Shown here piece by piece: positions 49,983 through 61,200 of a stretch of DNA of 64,000 nt (its first letter is position 1; each line of letters opens with the position of its first letter). Position numbers and translations under genes: made by a program. Source of the stretch: Schmidtea nova (lineage: Eukaryota); assembly GCA_044892505.1 (NCBI GenBank), contig CM097882.1, positions 157,790,001 to 157,854,000 of the forward strand, in the 5' to 3' direction. The notes under the pieces are model-generated. The model was not told the origin of the DNA and did not search any database. It saw nothing but the letters and a program-made list of their open reading frames with translations.

Positions 49983-50876
49983 GATTCCAAAACGATGCTG
50001 AATTTTATAATAGTTACAATTTACATCAATAATTAATCATAGTAAATGTTATCTCTCATCGTGATACCCTTATTATTTGCCTTCCCCTTAGACCTTAGCT
50101 GAAATCAAGGAAAACTGTCGTTCGTTACGGTATGCATTACTCTCGTATCTACTTAGCTTTATCTGTTTACGATCAATATTATAGTTGAAAAATGGTGATT
50201 TGTCTGCTTGGATTTTTAAAATATTGATACCTCAACACGGAAGCTCTCTCCCGTCATGTATCCCTAGCTTATTCGAAAAACGCTCTTTTGTACCAAATGC
50301 GGTCGACAAAATTTTCTGAGGTTTATTAGACGTTTATCTAGCAACAATTCGTGCCTCCCCACGGTTAAAGAATTCTTTCATATCTTTAAGCTTTATCAAA
50401 AATTTATCGTCCCCTCCGTAGCCAAAACGATCAGAAAATAATTCCCCGGATTTGTTGGGTGTCCCATGTGCAAATCTCATCCATCACTAACAAAATTATG
50501 TTTTGTTATTTATTACTTTACCGTGTGTGGAGCCCTCGAGCACCACGCCACGGACGGACACCTTGGGAACCTAAAGCTCCCAACGGCGCAAGATTAATAT
50601 GATAGTTTAAATAGTTTAAATATAACATAAATCATGAGATAACTAATAAATTATAATATGATAATGACATACGAATACAACGATATCATAAACGTAAATA
50701 TACCAAAAATACCTCAATTGAATTCTGAAAATTTATTGATCAAAATCGGTCTAAACGGTGATCGTCGTCGGGGCAATGTGCAATCTAATGTGAATTTTTA
50801 GTTAAAGTCTAAATTTCAGTCTAACAAAGTCTACTGAAGTCTCACTCTAGTCAAAACGTCTCTTTTTATGAAAAAT

Positions 50877-50923
50877 CTGATCAGTATTTATACTGATCAG
50901 TCGTGTCTAGACCGACCAATCAG
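50877..50923 (-). promoter_or_regulatory. LTR promoter, copy D
   Basis: CTGATCAGTA-TTTA-TACTGATCAG palindrome containing TATAAATA on the minus strand, CCAATCAG box adjacent. Confidence 0.7.
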
Positions 50924-51491
50924 GTTCGGCCATTTTCAGGGTGGTTTTTAATTATTGTTCTTGATTCTAATTAATTTTTATTTTTTAGATTGTATTCTTC
51001 CTTGGAGGTCCGGGTTTCAAAAACAATTATTCAATAACAAGTACTTTTATTTTGTTTTAATTACCATTATTTGTATTTATTTTGTTTTTTAGATGTCTCC
51101 TGGGCCAGTTAATATCTCGAAATTCCTTTATTTTTATTTATAGCTTGTATTTAGTTTATCTATATTTTTACTATATTATTCCTTTCTTTTAATAAATAAA
51201 TATTCCCCTTTTTATCTTATTTTTCTCTTTTTTGTTTTAATTAATCCACTTTTATTTCACTGTTCCCTCTATTTGGCTGGCCCAACATCACTCGGGGACC
51301 CCTAAAATTGCGTCCCGCAATTAATTATACATTTACACCTATATCATCATACATAAAAATTAAGCAGATAAATGTCAATTTACATATACACAAAGAATCA
51401 CATAAGGTGATAGATTTTATACGTAAGCACAAAGTCATATTATTGTTAAATGTAAGTGGATCATACATAAAGTGAATGTAATATATCAGTT

Positions 51492-51713
51492 TTACACAAG
51501 CTCTTTGATTTCATGATTGGTATTGGATTGGATTGGGGTTCTTTCGCTGATTGTTCGTAGTTCGTAGTGGCTTTGGATTCGGTTTAGGTGTTTTCTCATT
51601 CGCTTTTGGGTTCTGCTGTCTTGTATTGTTGTTCGATTCAGGATGACTTGTTTTTGTTTTAGGATCTTCACTCGGTATGATGCTATGAGGATTGTGATCG
51701 CGATAATGGTCAC
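51492..51713 (-). CDS. possible small accessory ORF (hydrophobic N-terminus)
   Basis: Last ORF of the A-rich array; overlapping alternative frame 51511-51750; no clear acceptor. Confidence 0.35.
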   Translation of the reverse strand: MTIIAITILIASYRVKILKQKQVILNRTTIQDSRTQKRMRKHLNRIQSHYELRTISERTPIQSNTNHEIKELV

Positions 51714-51787
51714 GCTGAGTGCAAGGATTATTATAATTGCGATGATCCATTTTTCTTGATATTCTATTTCTGCTTGGGCTAAGCTTT

Positions 51788-52063
51788 TTATGGGTTCTCG
51801 ACCTTCTTTTGGGTTTTTCTGATTGTTTTCAATTTGATTCGATGTTCATATAGGACCTGTTGAAATTTTTCATCGTTTGGGTTGTCTGATGTTATCTGTT
51901 GAAGTTGGGTGATTTCTTGTGTTGCTTCGCTGATTAGTTTATCTAGTTCTTGATAGGTTTTCTCGGGTAGGGCTCGTAGCTCCTTCTCTGTGAGTTGAAG
52001 ATCTTCTCTTTGTAGGGTGATTGTTATTAGGTATATGAATATCGGTATTCCGAGCTTCTTCAT
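51788..52063 (-). CDS. small accessory ORF, hydrophobic N-terminus plus coiled coil (91 aa)
   Basis: Same codon style as neighbours, LGIPIFIYLITITL segment, tandem position in the array. Confidence 0.55.
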   Translation of the reverse strand: MKKLGIPIFIYLITITLQREDLQLTEKELRALPEKTYQELDKLISEATQEITQLQQITSDNPNDEKFQQVLYEHRIKLKTIRKTQKKVENP

Positions 52064-52145
52064 ACTGTTTTCTTTACAGATAGGTCAATACAATTTGACA
52101 CTACATTTCATACAATTATTTACAAAAATATATTTTCCGCTTTAT

Positions 52146-53207
52146 TTACACAATCGTCTCGTTTGGTTCGTAGAAACCTTCGTCCTGAGGCTCTACCTGA
52201 TTCGTGGGGAGTGGTATCCATACAACCCTGCTCCTCCACATTTCGACTTCATCTCGATACATGTGAGATATCTGGATTTCCTCGTCCAGCAAATATTCTA
52301 GGTAATTTGCTTGTTCTGTTAATGTTTCTATTTGCTTCTCTAATTCGATTACTTTTGTCTTTTGTTCGTCTTCCTTCATCATTTTTGTTACGGCTGCCGT
52401 TATACTTGCTTCTTTGGGTATTACTGATACTGTTACTCGTTTCTGTTTCAATTCTTCGTTTTCTTTCATCAAATTCGTTAAATTTTCCTCATAACTTTGT
52501 TTCTCTTCCTTTAACCTTTCTCTGGTTCTTTTTAGCTCTATTTTCTTCTGGGTAATCACTCCTTGATAACCATTTATATCTCTCTTCATCTCTTCTTCTT
52601 TCTGATTCCATATTCCGGTGAGCATAATTTTCAGTTGTTCTTGATTAGCAAGTTCTTCTCCCATTCTTTGAACTTGATAGGTTAGTCCTTTAATTTTCTT
52701 TGCTTGTTCCCGGATAAATTGCTGTCTCTTTGTATTCCATCTTTTATTCAACACTTCTTGGTGTATTTTCTGTTCTAACTCGTCTTTTAATTCGTCGATC
52801 TCTTTATATAATTTCCAGTCATCACTATAAGCTGTCCTTTCTATTATTTCTCTAGCTTTTTCGTAAGATTCTTTCGCTTCTTTCTTCCAGTATCTTGCTT
52901 GTTCTGTAATCGAATACATCTTGTGTTCAGCTTCCATCTGCTGTCTGTCTCTTTCCTCTCGTCGCTCTTTCATCATTCTCTGGTAATATTCCTTTTGTTG
53001 TTGTAGCACTTTGTATACTTCTTCTATTTTTTCTCGACTTCTTTGACTTGATCTTTCCGCTTCTTTTAATAATTCGGCTTGTCTCTCTATCTCCTCTTGT
53101 TTCCCATAATATGCATTGACCCATATTTCAATCTGTTCTCGATGATCGCTAATCGCTTCGGCTTGATGTATCGTAATTTCTTGTAAGCATACTTCGATAT
53201 TTCCCAT
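52146..53207 (-). CDS. accessory coiled-coil protein (353 aa)
   Basis: Long E/K/Q/R-rich helical ORF; T-tract acceptor TTTTTTTTTTGAAATTATAG 2 nt before ATG. Confidence 0.8.
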   Translation of the reverse strand: MGNIEVCLQEITIHQAEAISDHREQIEIWVNAYYGKQEEIERQAELLKEAERSSQRSREKIEEVYKVLQQQKEYYQRMMKERREERDRQQMEAEHKMYSITEQARYWKKEAKESYEKAREIIERTAYSDDWKLYKEIDELKDELEQKIHQEVLNKRWNTKRQQFIREQAKKIKGLTYQVQRMGEELANQEQLKIMLTGIWNQKEEEMKRDINGYQGVITQKKIELKRTRERLKEEKQSYEENLTNLMKENEELKQKRVTVSVIPKEASITAAVTKMMKEDEQKTKVIELEKQIETLTEQANYLEYLLDEEIQISHMYRDEVEMWRSRVVWIPLPTNQVEPQDEGFYEPNETIV

Positions 53208-53324
53208 TGCTATAATTTCAAAAAAAAAATTTTTTTAATCGGTTTATATATCAGTTATTTTTTGTTTATATAATAATTTTTGGGTATTTAACTGTACACA
53301 TTATTTACATGATCACTTCTCTTG

Positions 53325-54707
53325 TTACGTCAACCATCCTTTTCTATCCGCTTTCTCATTCCTTTCCATTTCTATGTATAGGGTGTCTGCATATAATCGT
53401 TCCCATAAGCTTTCTTTCGTTATAAACATCGGTTCTCCCGCTGCTAATCCACATTCTGTGGTTGGTTTCTCGCTCGTACTCGCATGTTTCTCTGTCTCAA
53501 AGAATTTTTCCACCGGTTTTGCTACACTTCTGATTCTTATAATGACTCCTACTTTCAAGGGCCATTCTACTAGGTCGTCGTATTCTCCTTTACATAGCGA
53601 GAAAAATATTGACACATGTGTTCCTCGTCCTCTTCCGTCTCCATTTGGGTATAGCTTCAATCTCATTTTAGCTCCGTTTCTCCATAAATAAAATGGTGGG
53701 CTTATTACTGCTGTTTTCGTCATATTTCTGGCCTCTGTTAATTTGTCTCTAAAATCTGTCACTTTCCACACATATGGTGCGATTGGTAACTTTTCCTCGG
53801 TATCCTGGGTGAGTTTGTTGTACTGGATTTTCATTCCTTTAGCCAGTTCTTCGATAGCTTTTATCTTTTCCTCCATCTTTTCTCGTGTTAGTTCGAATTG
53901 CTCTCTGGTTTCCAACAGTAGGTTTACCATTATCTTGTGTGACTCTATTTCTCTTTCTAATTTTTTGATTGTTTGTTCGGTTTCTTTTGTTGCTTCGTTT
54001 GTCATTTCCGCATGCTTTAGCAATGCTTCCTCCAGATGTTGTTTCATGGTTTTTTGCGTTCTTTTCTCCATACATCCCTGTTTGTTATAAGGACATTCCC
54101 TTGGTTTCTCCGTGCACACTTTCCAATGTTCTTGTAATTTTACTTCTACCGTTATCTCGCATTCGTTTGAACATATTCCTACATATTGTCTACATACTTT
54201 CTCCTCTTTTACATTCAGGTGTTCTTCTTCGATCTTTCTCCTCGTTTCTCGAGTTCCACAATATTCGCATAGACTTTCCTCTTCTTTACATTCATCTTTG
54301 TGCTGCTCTTTATTCTTTATAGTTATTTTTTGTTGGCATTTGTTACATTCAGTTCTCTTCTCTTCGCAGTTCTCCAGATGGTTCTCGAGATCGCGTATTT
54401 GTCCTTGCCATATACATGGTTGATTTATACATTCGGTTTTCGTGTTCATGATTTCTCTCTGAGTTTCTCTATCTGGTCCGGTTTCTTCGAATTTTATTTG
54501 TCCTTCTTTGCATTCTGGACATTCTGGTGGTCTTTTCATACTTAACTCGTGTATGCATTTGGTACATACTCTGCATCCGCATAGGGTTTGTCTTGGTTTC
54601 AATATTATGTTTTTACAATTTACACAAGTGAGTCTCTGACTCCATTTCCTGTTCTCGGCTCTCAAAATTTCGATTATCCGCTCTTCGGCTTTTCCTTCTG
54701 TATTCAT
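53325..54707 (-). CDS. TRAF: TRAF-family protein (RING, TRAF zinc fingers, coiled coil, MATH), intronless
   Basis: CVNC...CGCRVCTKC...CPEC RING; CxxxC/HxxxC zinc fingers; MATH motifs VWKVTDF, SPPFY, LYPNGDGRGRGTHVSIFF, EYDDLVEWP; acceptor CATTGTAG 1 nt before ATG. Confidence 0.92.
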   Translation of the reverse strand: MNTEGKAEERIIEILRAENRKWSQRLTCVNCKNIILKPRQTLCGCRVCTKCIHELSMKRPPECPECKEGQIKFEETGPDRETQREIMNTKTECINQPCIWQGQIRDLENHLENCEEKRTECNKCQQKITIKNKEQHKDECKEEESLCEYCGTRETRRKIEEEHLNVKEEKVCRQYVGICSNECEITVEVKLQEHWKVCTEKPRECPYNKQGCMEKRTQKTMKQHLEEALLKHAEMTNEATKETEQTIKKLEREIESHKIMVNLLLETREQFELTREKMEEKIKAIEELAKGMKIQYNKLTQDTEEKLPIAPYVWKVTDFRDKLTEARNMTKTAVISPPFYLWRNGAKMRLKLYPNGDGRGRGTHVSIFFSLCKGEYDDLVEWPLKVGVIIRIRSVAKPVEKFFETEKHASTSEKPTTECGLAAGEPMFITKESLWERLYADTLYIEMERNEKADRKGWLT

Positions 54708-54797
54708 TCTACAATGATATATACACTTGATTTGTTATCTATTTTTTGATTTTTCTTGTTTTTGTTTTACATATTTACAATTTTTCGCTTTATTTAT

Positions 54798-55154
54798 CTA
54801 CGGCTCGTTTGTTGAATCTGGTTCTGGGTCATTTTCTGATCTGTTTATTGCCCAATTTGTCCATCCATCCTCTGCTTCTTCTGTCTCTCCCATTGTTAAA
54901 CGGTCTATCTCTATTGCTTGTCTCTGATTTATGTCGCTCATCACTTGATTCTCTCTGGTGAGTTGCGTTATCAATCTCTGTTGCTCCTCGATTCTGTGGA
55001 GTTGTTCAAAACTATTATTATAACTTTCGGATAACAAATTCTGTTTCTCAATTAACTGATTTTGTAGTGAGTTGATTGTTCGTATTAACATGTCACACTG
55101 GGCTTTCCATCGCATAGCCATAGTAGTTTCTGCTATTTCTTCCTGTTCGTTCAT
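54798..55154 (-). CDS. small accessory coiled-coil protein (118 aa)
   Basis: Heptad-like Q/E/L pattern; acceptor TTAATGTATATAATTTAG 3 nt before ATG. Confidence 0.7.
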   Translation of the reverse strand: MNEQEEIAETTMAMRWKAQCDMLIRTINSLQNQLIEKQNLLSESYNNSFEQLHRIEEQQRLITQLTRENQVMSDINQRQAIEIDRLTMGETEEAEDGWTNWAINRSENDPEPDSTNEP

Positions 55155-55279
55155 TTTCTAAATTATATACATTAATCGTTTTCTCGATTTCTCTTTTTAT
55201 ATTTTTATAATATCGATACCCATACTATTACGGTAATGCATTGTTATTTACACTATTATTTACAGTCATATCCCGCCTC

Positions 55280-58200
55280 CTATATCACCATCACTGTCTT
55301 TCCTTCGTATCGCTCTTCATCTTCTATTTGTCTCCAAAATTCTTTACCTTTCGTCCTCCTTTGGAATTCTTTATGTACTTCTTCCGGTAATTCTATACTG
55401 TAGTTCATGATCTTTATATCTGGCCAATGTGTTATTGGTTTCTTGTTGAATACATCATATATCCATATTATTAATAATACTGTTATTACTGGAATAGTTG
55501 CTGCTAGTATTCCTAGACCAATTAGTTCTCTAACTTGTTTGTTTACGTCCATCTTCGTAATTTCACTCTGGTTAATCATTGGTCCGTATTGTCCCTTTAG
55601 TTTATTTAGTAGTTGTTCTCGTTCTTGTTGTTTTCTTTTAACTTCTTTAATTACTTCTTCCGGCGTCCATCTTGCGTAAGGGTCTATTACTACTTGTTCC
55701 GCGTCCATTTGTTTCGTTGTCTGACTTAATTCTTTAAATTCGAGTTTTCTCACTTTCCCTTTGGACGTTGAGTTTACCGGTGTGTAGTACGTTTCGCATC
55801 TTTCCTGCTGATTTCCCAGTATGTCCGTCTTTTCTATCGCACATATCTCGTATTCGCTATTGAATTTCAGATTTCTGATACTTATTTCCTCTTTTCCTTT
55901 CGCGTTTCCACAGTCTCGTGGCTGTCTTTCCCTTTGTTTCTGAACTATTACCCAACATATTTCTAACGTTTTATTGTCTATTCTCCATAGTATAAGAGTT
56001 GCTGTAGTATTCTTTTCGGTTTTTATTTGTATATCTTGGTTTTTCTGTTGTCCATTAGGTTTAAAGGTAGTGGTATACCTCGCTTTTCCTTTGTTCCGTT
56101 GTCTTCTACTTTTTCGCGTTGTCTTTCCAGCTCTTGTTCTGGTGGGTGTTTTATATAATCTGCATTCCAATTCATTTACTGTTATTTTGTCGCTTTTCCT
56201 GATCAGGCATATTTCGTACGTTTGATTGCTTTCTAATCCTTCTATCTGTATTGTGGTTGTTCCTCTGTTTGTTCGACATTGCGGCGGTGTATTCTGGTTT
56301 GTTTTCCTTTCCTGCTTCTTCCAGCATACGCCTTTGACGTCCGGTTCTATCCCGGTTAACTCTAACATTATAGTTGTTCTCCGTTTGGTGCGTTTATTTC
56401 TTCTTCCTCGTCGTATGAACTTTATTGTTTCCCCAGGTTGAAATGTTTTACAAATTGTCGTTCCTTTCTTGTGTCTTTCTTTTTCTAGTAAACATAGTTC
56501 ATACGTCCTGTCTGCTTTTACTTCTGATATTTTGGTTACTTTATTTGTTTTCCTTTTCCGACTCGTCTTTATTTCGCTTACGCCAATTTCTTCGTTGCTT
56601 CTGGCCCAACACTTTGGGTTGGTGTTTTGGGTGTCGTTCATCTCTGTTACTGCCATTGTGTCAATGTCTATCCCTTCTTCTAACCGTTTTAACATTGTTA
56701 ATATGAGTGCTAAACATAGTAATTCTGTTTGGTAGGTCACTCTTTCGGTCTCGTTTGTGGTTACTCTTGCTTCGGGCCTGTCTATGGTAATTTGTATAGT
56801 TGGCGTTGTTCGTCTGTCTATTGTCTGAGGTTTCTTGTTTTTTGTTCCTTGTGTCTCTGTTCTTCCACACTTTCCTACAACATAGTCTCCTTTGGATGAC
56901 TGCTGTATTGTTATGGTTACTTTGGGCGTTAGGTAGTTTGCACATGCTATTGTGTTGTGTGATCTTGGATTCTTTTGTTTTCTGATGGTGCATATTTTGT
57001 ACCAAGTATCTAGCTCTAAGTCATCGATCTCTATGATTCCTTGTTCATATTCTGAGATCCTGCAATCCATTGGACTATTTTGTCCCGATATTTTGTCCTT
57101 TTTTGACCAACATACTCGTTCGATTCCTTTTGCGTTTCCAATTTGTATTGTCGCTCTTTCTTCACATATCATTCCTTGAGTTGGACTAATTAAGGTCATG
57201 ATTACCGTTAGTAATAATAGTTCTGGTTTAAAGAATGGGTTTATTGTTTGTTTGTAGCCTGTTCTTTTTGCTTCGTTTTTATTTTTATAGTTGTTGTTTC
57301 TTTGTTTCCCAAATTCATTTTTCTTATCATTTTTCTCTGTGTCCCTTCCTTTCTCTTCACTGTCCTCTTCATCTGATAACTCATGATCCTCTGGATTTTC
57401 TCGAGTACTATCGTCGTCGTTTCCTGTATTGTCGCCTCCCCTTTGGTCGTTGAAAATGTCGTCCTCGACATTAATTGCTTCTATCATTTTTTCATACGTT
57501 ATGGTTGTGAGTATACTTGCTTCATATTCTTGTGTTACTGCCTGCTTAGGTATTTCCTTATCGGTTAATTTACAATCTAGAATCTCTTTCTTGGCTTTTA
57601 TCCAATTATTAAGGTACGTTTTCATTAGTTCTTTCCATTTGTCCGTACGTTCTGTTTCCTTTGGGTTGTTTGTGAATCGTAAATCTTTTCTTCTCATGAA
57701 GATATCTATTATCTTTGGCCATTTGTTTATTATTAATGCACACTTTATATACAAATTTTGGCCTTGTTCCATGCATTCGTTGATCCTGAATGCTGGTTCA
57801 TTGGTGTTTGGGTTCATCCAATTGAGTATTGCTTCAGTTAGTTCAGCGTTATGCATCATGGAATGTACGCTAGCTTTTTTAACTGTCCTTGTAAGGTATT
57901 CTATTTCCTCCTGATTTGTGATTGTTTTTATGAAATTTATCACCTCCCAATTGTGCGCTAACAACGCTACGTCTAGTATTGAGCTGTCTTTGTTAGTTCT
58001 TCCCATGAGTCCTGCACCTGCTTCGTACAGTTCCTGTAACACTCGGGTTTTTGTGTTCGCTCTTGCTGCGAATATCATGAGGGTATCTCCCTTTTTATCT
58101 TTCATGTTCATGTCACTTCCGCAATCTTGCATCAACCGTGCAATTTCGACTACCCTCCTATCTTTTCCTGCTCGTAAGGCTCTATGTATTGGCAATACTC

Positions 58201-61200
58201 CATTCTTTGTTAATAAGAAAGTCACTGGCATTTCTCTTTTTATGATCATCATATCGTTTTCATTGTAAGTTCCTTCCGCATATGCGTGTACCTTTTCCAC
58301 AATTGCTCCGAGTATCTCCAGTGTATGTTTAGAATTTTCGAATTCTGGTAATAGTTCTTTTGCTTTGTCCTGTATCGCATCTAACCTTTCTTGATATGGT
58401 ACTTCTGCGCTGAAAAGTGGTGTAAATTTCCTTTTGCTTTCTCTTTCCTTTCGACATAGGAATTGTTTGCATTTTTCGGGGTGGTTTAATATGTCTATTA
58501 GTTTGTCATACTCTTCTTCCACCGTTTTGTATTTATCTTGAAAATTGGATATATCTTTGTAAGTTATCGTCTTGGTTAGCGATTTTGCACACCATTCCCT
58601 AATTTTCCTGAATAATGCTTCTTTTTCACTTTCGAATTTACACTCCTCTTTGTTTTTGGAAATTGTAATATTTCTTCTGTCCAATAATATTAACAGTGTT
58701 TTCTGATCACAAACTAATTTTAATAGGAATTGTAATAACGCGTTTTGTCCTTTACTGTATACTTCGTTTATATTTAATACCCATGTATCATTTTCGGATC
58801 TTTTCCATTTTATTAGCTTGCGTATTGTTTTGCAGTTACCGATTTTTATTGCCTCCTTGATTATATCACCTTTGATCAGTTCGTCTATTTCCCAAGTGGC
58901 CTTCTCGATTATTCGTTTGAGCATTATCTGATTTGAGCTCCATATTGCGTGATTCAAGACTGTTTTGTTTTCTCTATCGCGCTCCGTCCAGTTGAAATCG
59001 GCATTTATCAAAAGGTCTATTATTGCCTTATCCGATTTGTAGATGGCTGCTACCATTAATGGTGTTTCTTGTTCGCTATTCCCAAAACCAAGGTGTTGGT
59101 TGGTTTCCTTTGCGATTTTTAGAAGTTCTTTTACCCTCTCTACTTCTCCCCATTTTATGGCGTTATGTAATGCTGGTTGTCCTCCTATGTCTTCTAGTGA
59201 AAGTATTTCTGGAATTTTCTCCAGTAGTTCTGAAATGACTGGTTTTGTTGGTAGTCCCCTTGCGTAATCACTAATTATAGACTGTATATCTCTTAATATA
59301 TCGTCTCTGACATGCCATTTTCCCATTATTTCTCTGGCTTTTAGTACAATTTCCTTGTTTCTTTTTCCTTGTTGATTGTTTTCTGCTTCGGTACTTTCAT
59401 TGGTTGCTCTGAGCATATTCATTCTGGCTGTCTGGGATCTAGTTATTATTCGTTCTTCTGGCGTTGTGGTTATTGTCTTTGGTACTTCTTTACATCTGCA
59501 TGTATTAACGTATATTGGTCGTATCAATGGTCGATTAACAAGTTTTACCTTCACATTGTTTTCCTTTTTGTATATGACTTCGTAAGGGCCTTTTCCTGGT
59601 CTTTGTAGTTTTTTAACGGTTCCTGGTATTATTTCTGGGGTTTCTATCATTACCCAATCTCCCGGCTTAAGATCATTTGTTTTAACATTTTTCTTTTGAT
59701 CGTGTAGGTCCTTGTAACTTTCCTGGTAAAACTTTATGTTTAGCTCTGCTGTCTTCCATATCTCTTGCATTCGTTCTTTGAATTTGGTGACGTAATCATC
59801 TTCCTCCATATATTGAGACAAAGGTGGTTGATATTCAAGATCTATTGGCATATTGCATTCCCTTCCATACATTAATTGAAACGGACTCAATTTTGTTGCT
59901 GCGTGTATCGACATTCGGTATGCCATTAGACATAGCTTTATGTACTCATCCCAATCTGTTTGGTGTTTGCTTACATAATTGGATAACATTCGAATCAATG
60001 TGCCGTTAAATCTTTCCGTTTGTCCATTGGTTTGCGGATGATATGGTGACGTTCGTAATTTGGCTATCCGGAAGTAATTTGTTACTTCATCTAATATTTC
60101 GCTCATGAAATTTGTTCCTTGATCTGTTAGTATTTGTTTCGGGGTTCCGTATCGACAACATATTTCCTCTACTAAAATTCTTGCTACCGTCTTTGCTTTT
60201 TGATCCGGCATCGCAAATGCCTCAGGGAATTTCGTCAAATAATCCGTTATTACCAATATATATTGATTCACATTTAAACTTTCTGGCAATGGTCCTATTA
60301 CATCCATCGCAATGGTAGTCATTGGTTCCGCTGGTATTGGCATGGGTTTTAAGGGATTTTTCCATTTCTTCCCACTATCCTTTCTTGTGGCACAAGTTAA
60401 ACAGTTCTTTATCCATTCCTTTACGTCCTCGTCCATTGTTGGCCAATAATATTTTTGTCTCATACGATCTAATGTTTTCTTATCGGACATGTGTCCTCCC
60501 AACTTTCCGTCGTGGTATTGAGTTATTATCTCTTTTCGTCTATTACCTGGCAGACACATTAATCGTTTTTCTCCATCCTGTATTAATAACCATCCTTTTT
60601 CTATTGTGTATCGATGTTGGTATTTCCTCATGTGTTCTTTTAACTCCGCATTGTCTTTGAATACATCCATATTCCGTGAGCTTAGGAATTCTATGATGGG
60701 TCTTAGTTCTTTATCCTCTTGCTGATCTTTCTTTAACTCGCTGAAATCCAAATCTTCTGCTATCATTATGCATATTCTTTGCACTTCTGGGTCTGTTAAT
60801 TCTGGAAACGTTAATCTTGACATGCAATCTGCGTTGGCATTCGCTTTTCCTGATTTGAATTTTATATCTGGTGAATATTCTTGTAATTGCATCGCCCATC
60901 TCATCAACCTGCTGGATGTTTCCTTATGTTGTCCTAGCCATACCAGTGGTTGATGATCCGTGGTTATGCATATAATGTGTCCCCATAATAGATATTTAAA
61001 GTGTTTTATTGCTAATATTATTGCCAATGCTTCTCTTTCCGTTACTGAATAATTCTTCTCGTGTTTCTTGAATGTTCTGCTATAATATCCGATTACCCGC
61101 TCTTTTCCCTCGTCATCATATTGTCCTAACACTGCTCCTGCTGCATATCCACTTGCGTCGGTTGCGAGTAAAAATGGCTTTTTGAAGTCCGGGTGAACCA

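Larger units (their letters stand above)
48037..51287 (-). mobile_element. 3' LTR (3251 bp, copy D) of the giant element
   Basis: Minus strand starts TGTTGGGCCAG (51287) and ends CCCAGCA (48037); homologous layout to copies A, B and C; abuts the internal domain. Confidence 0.75.
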
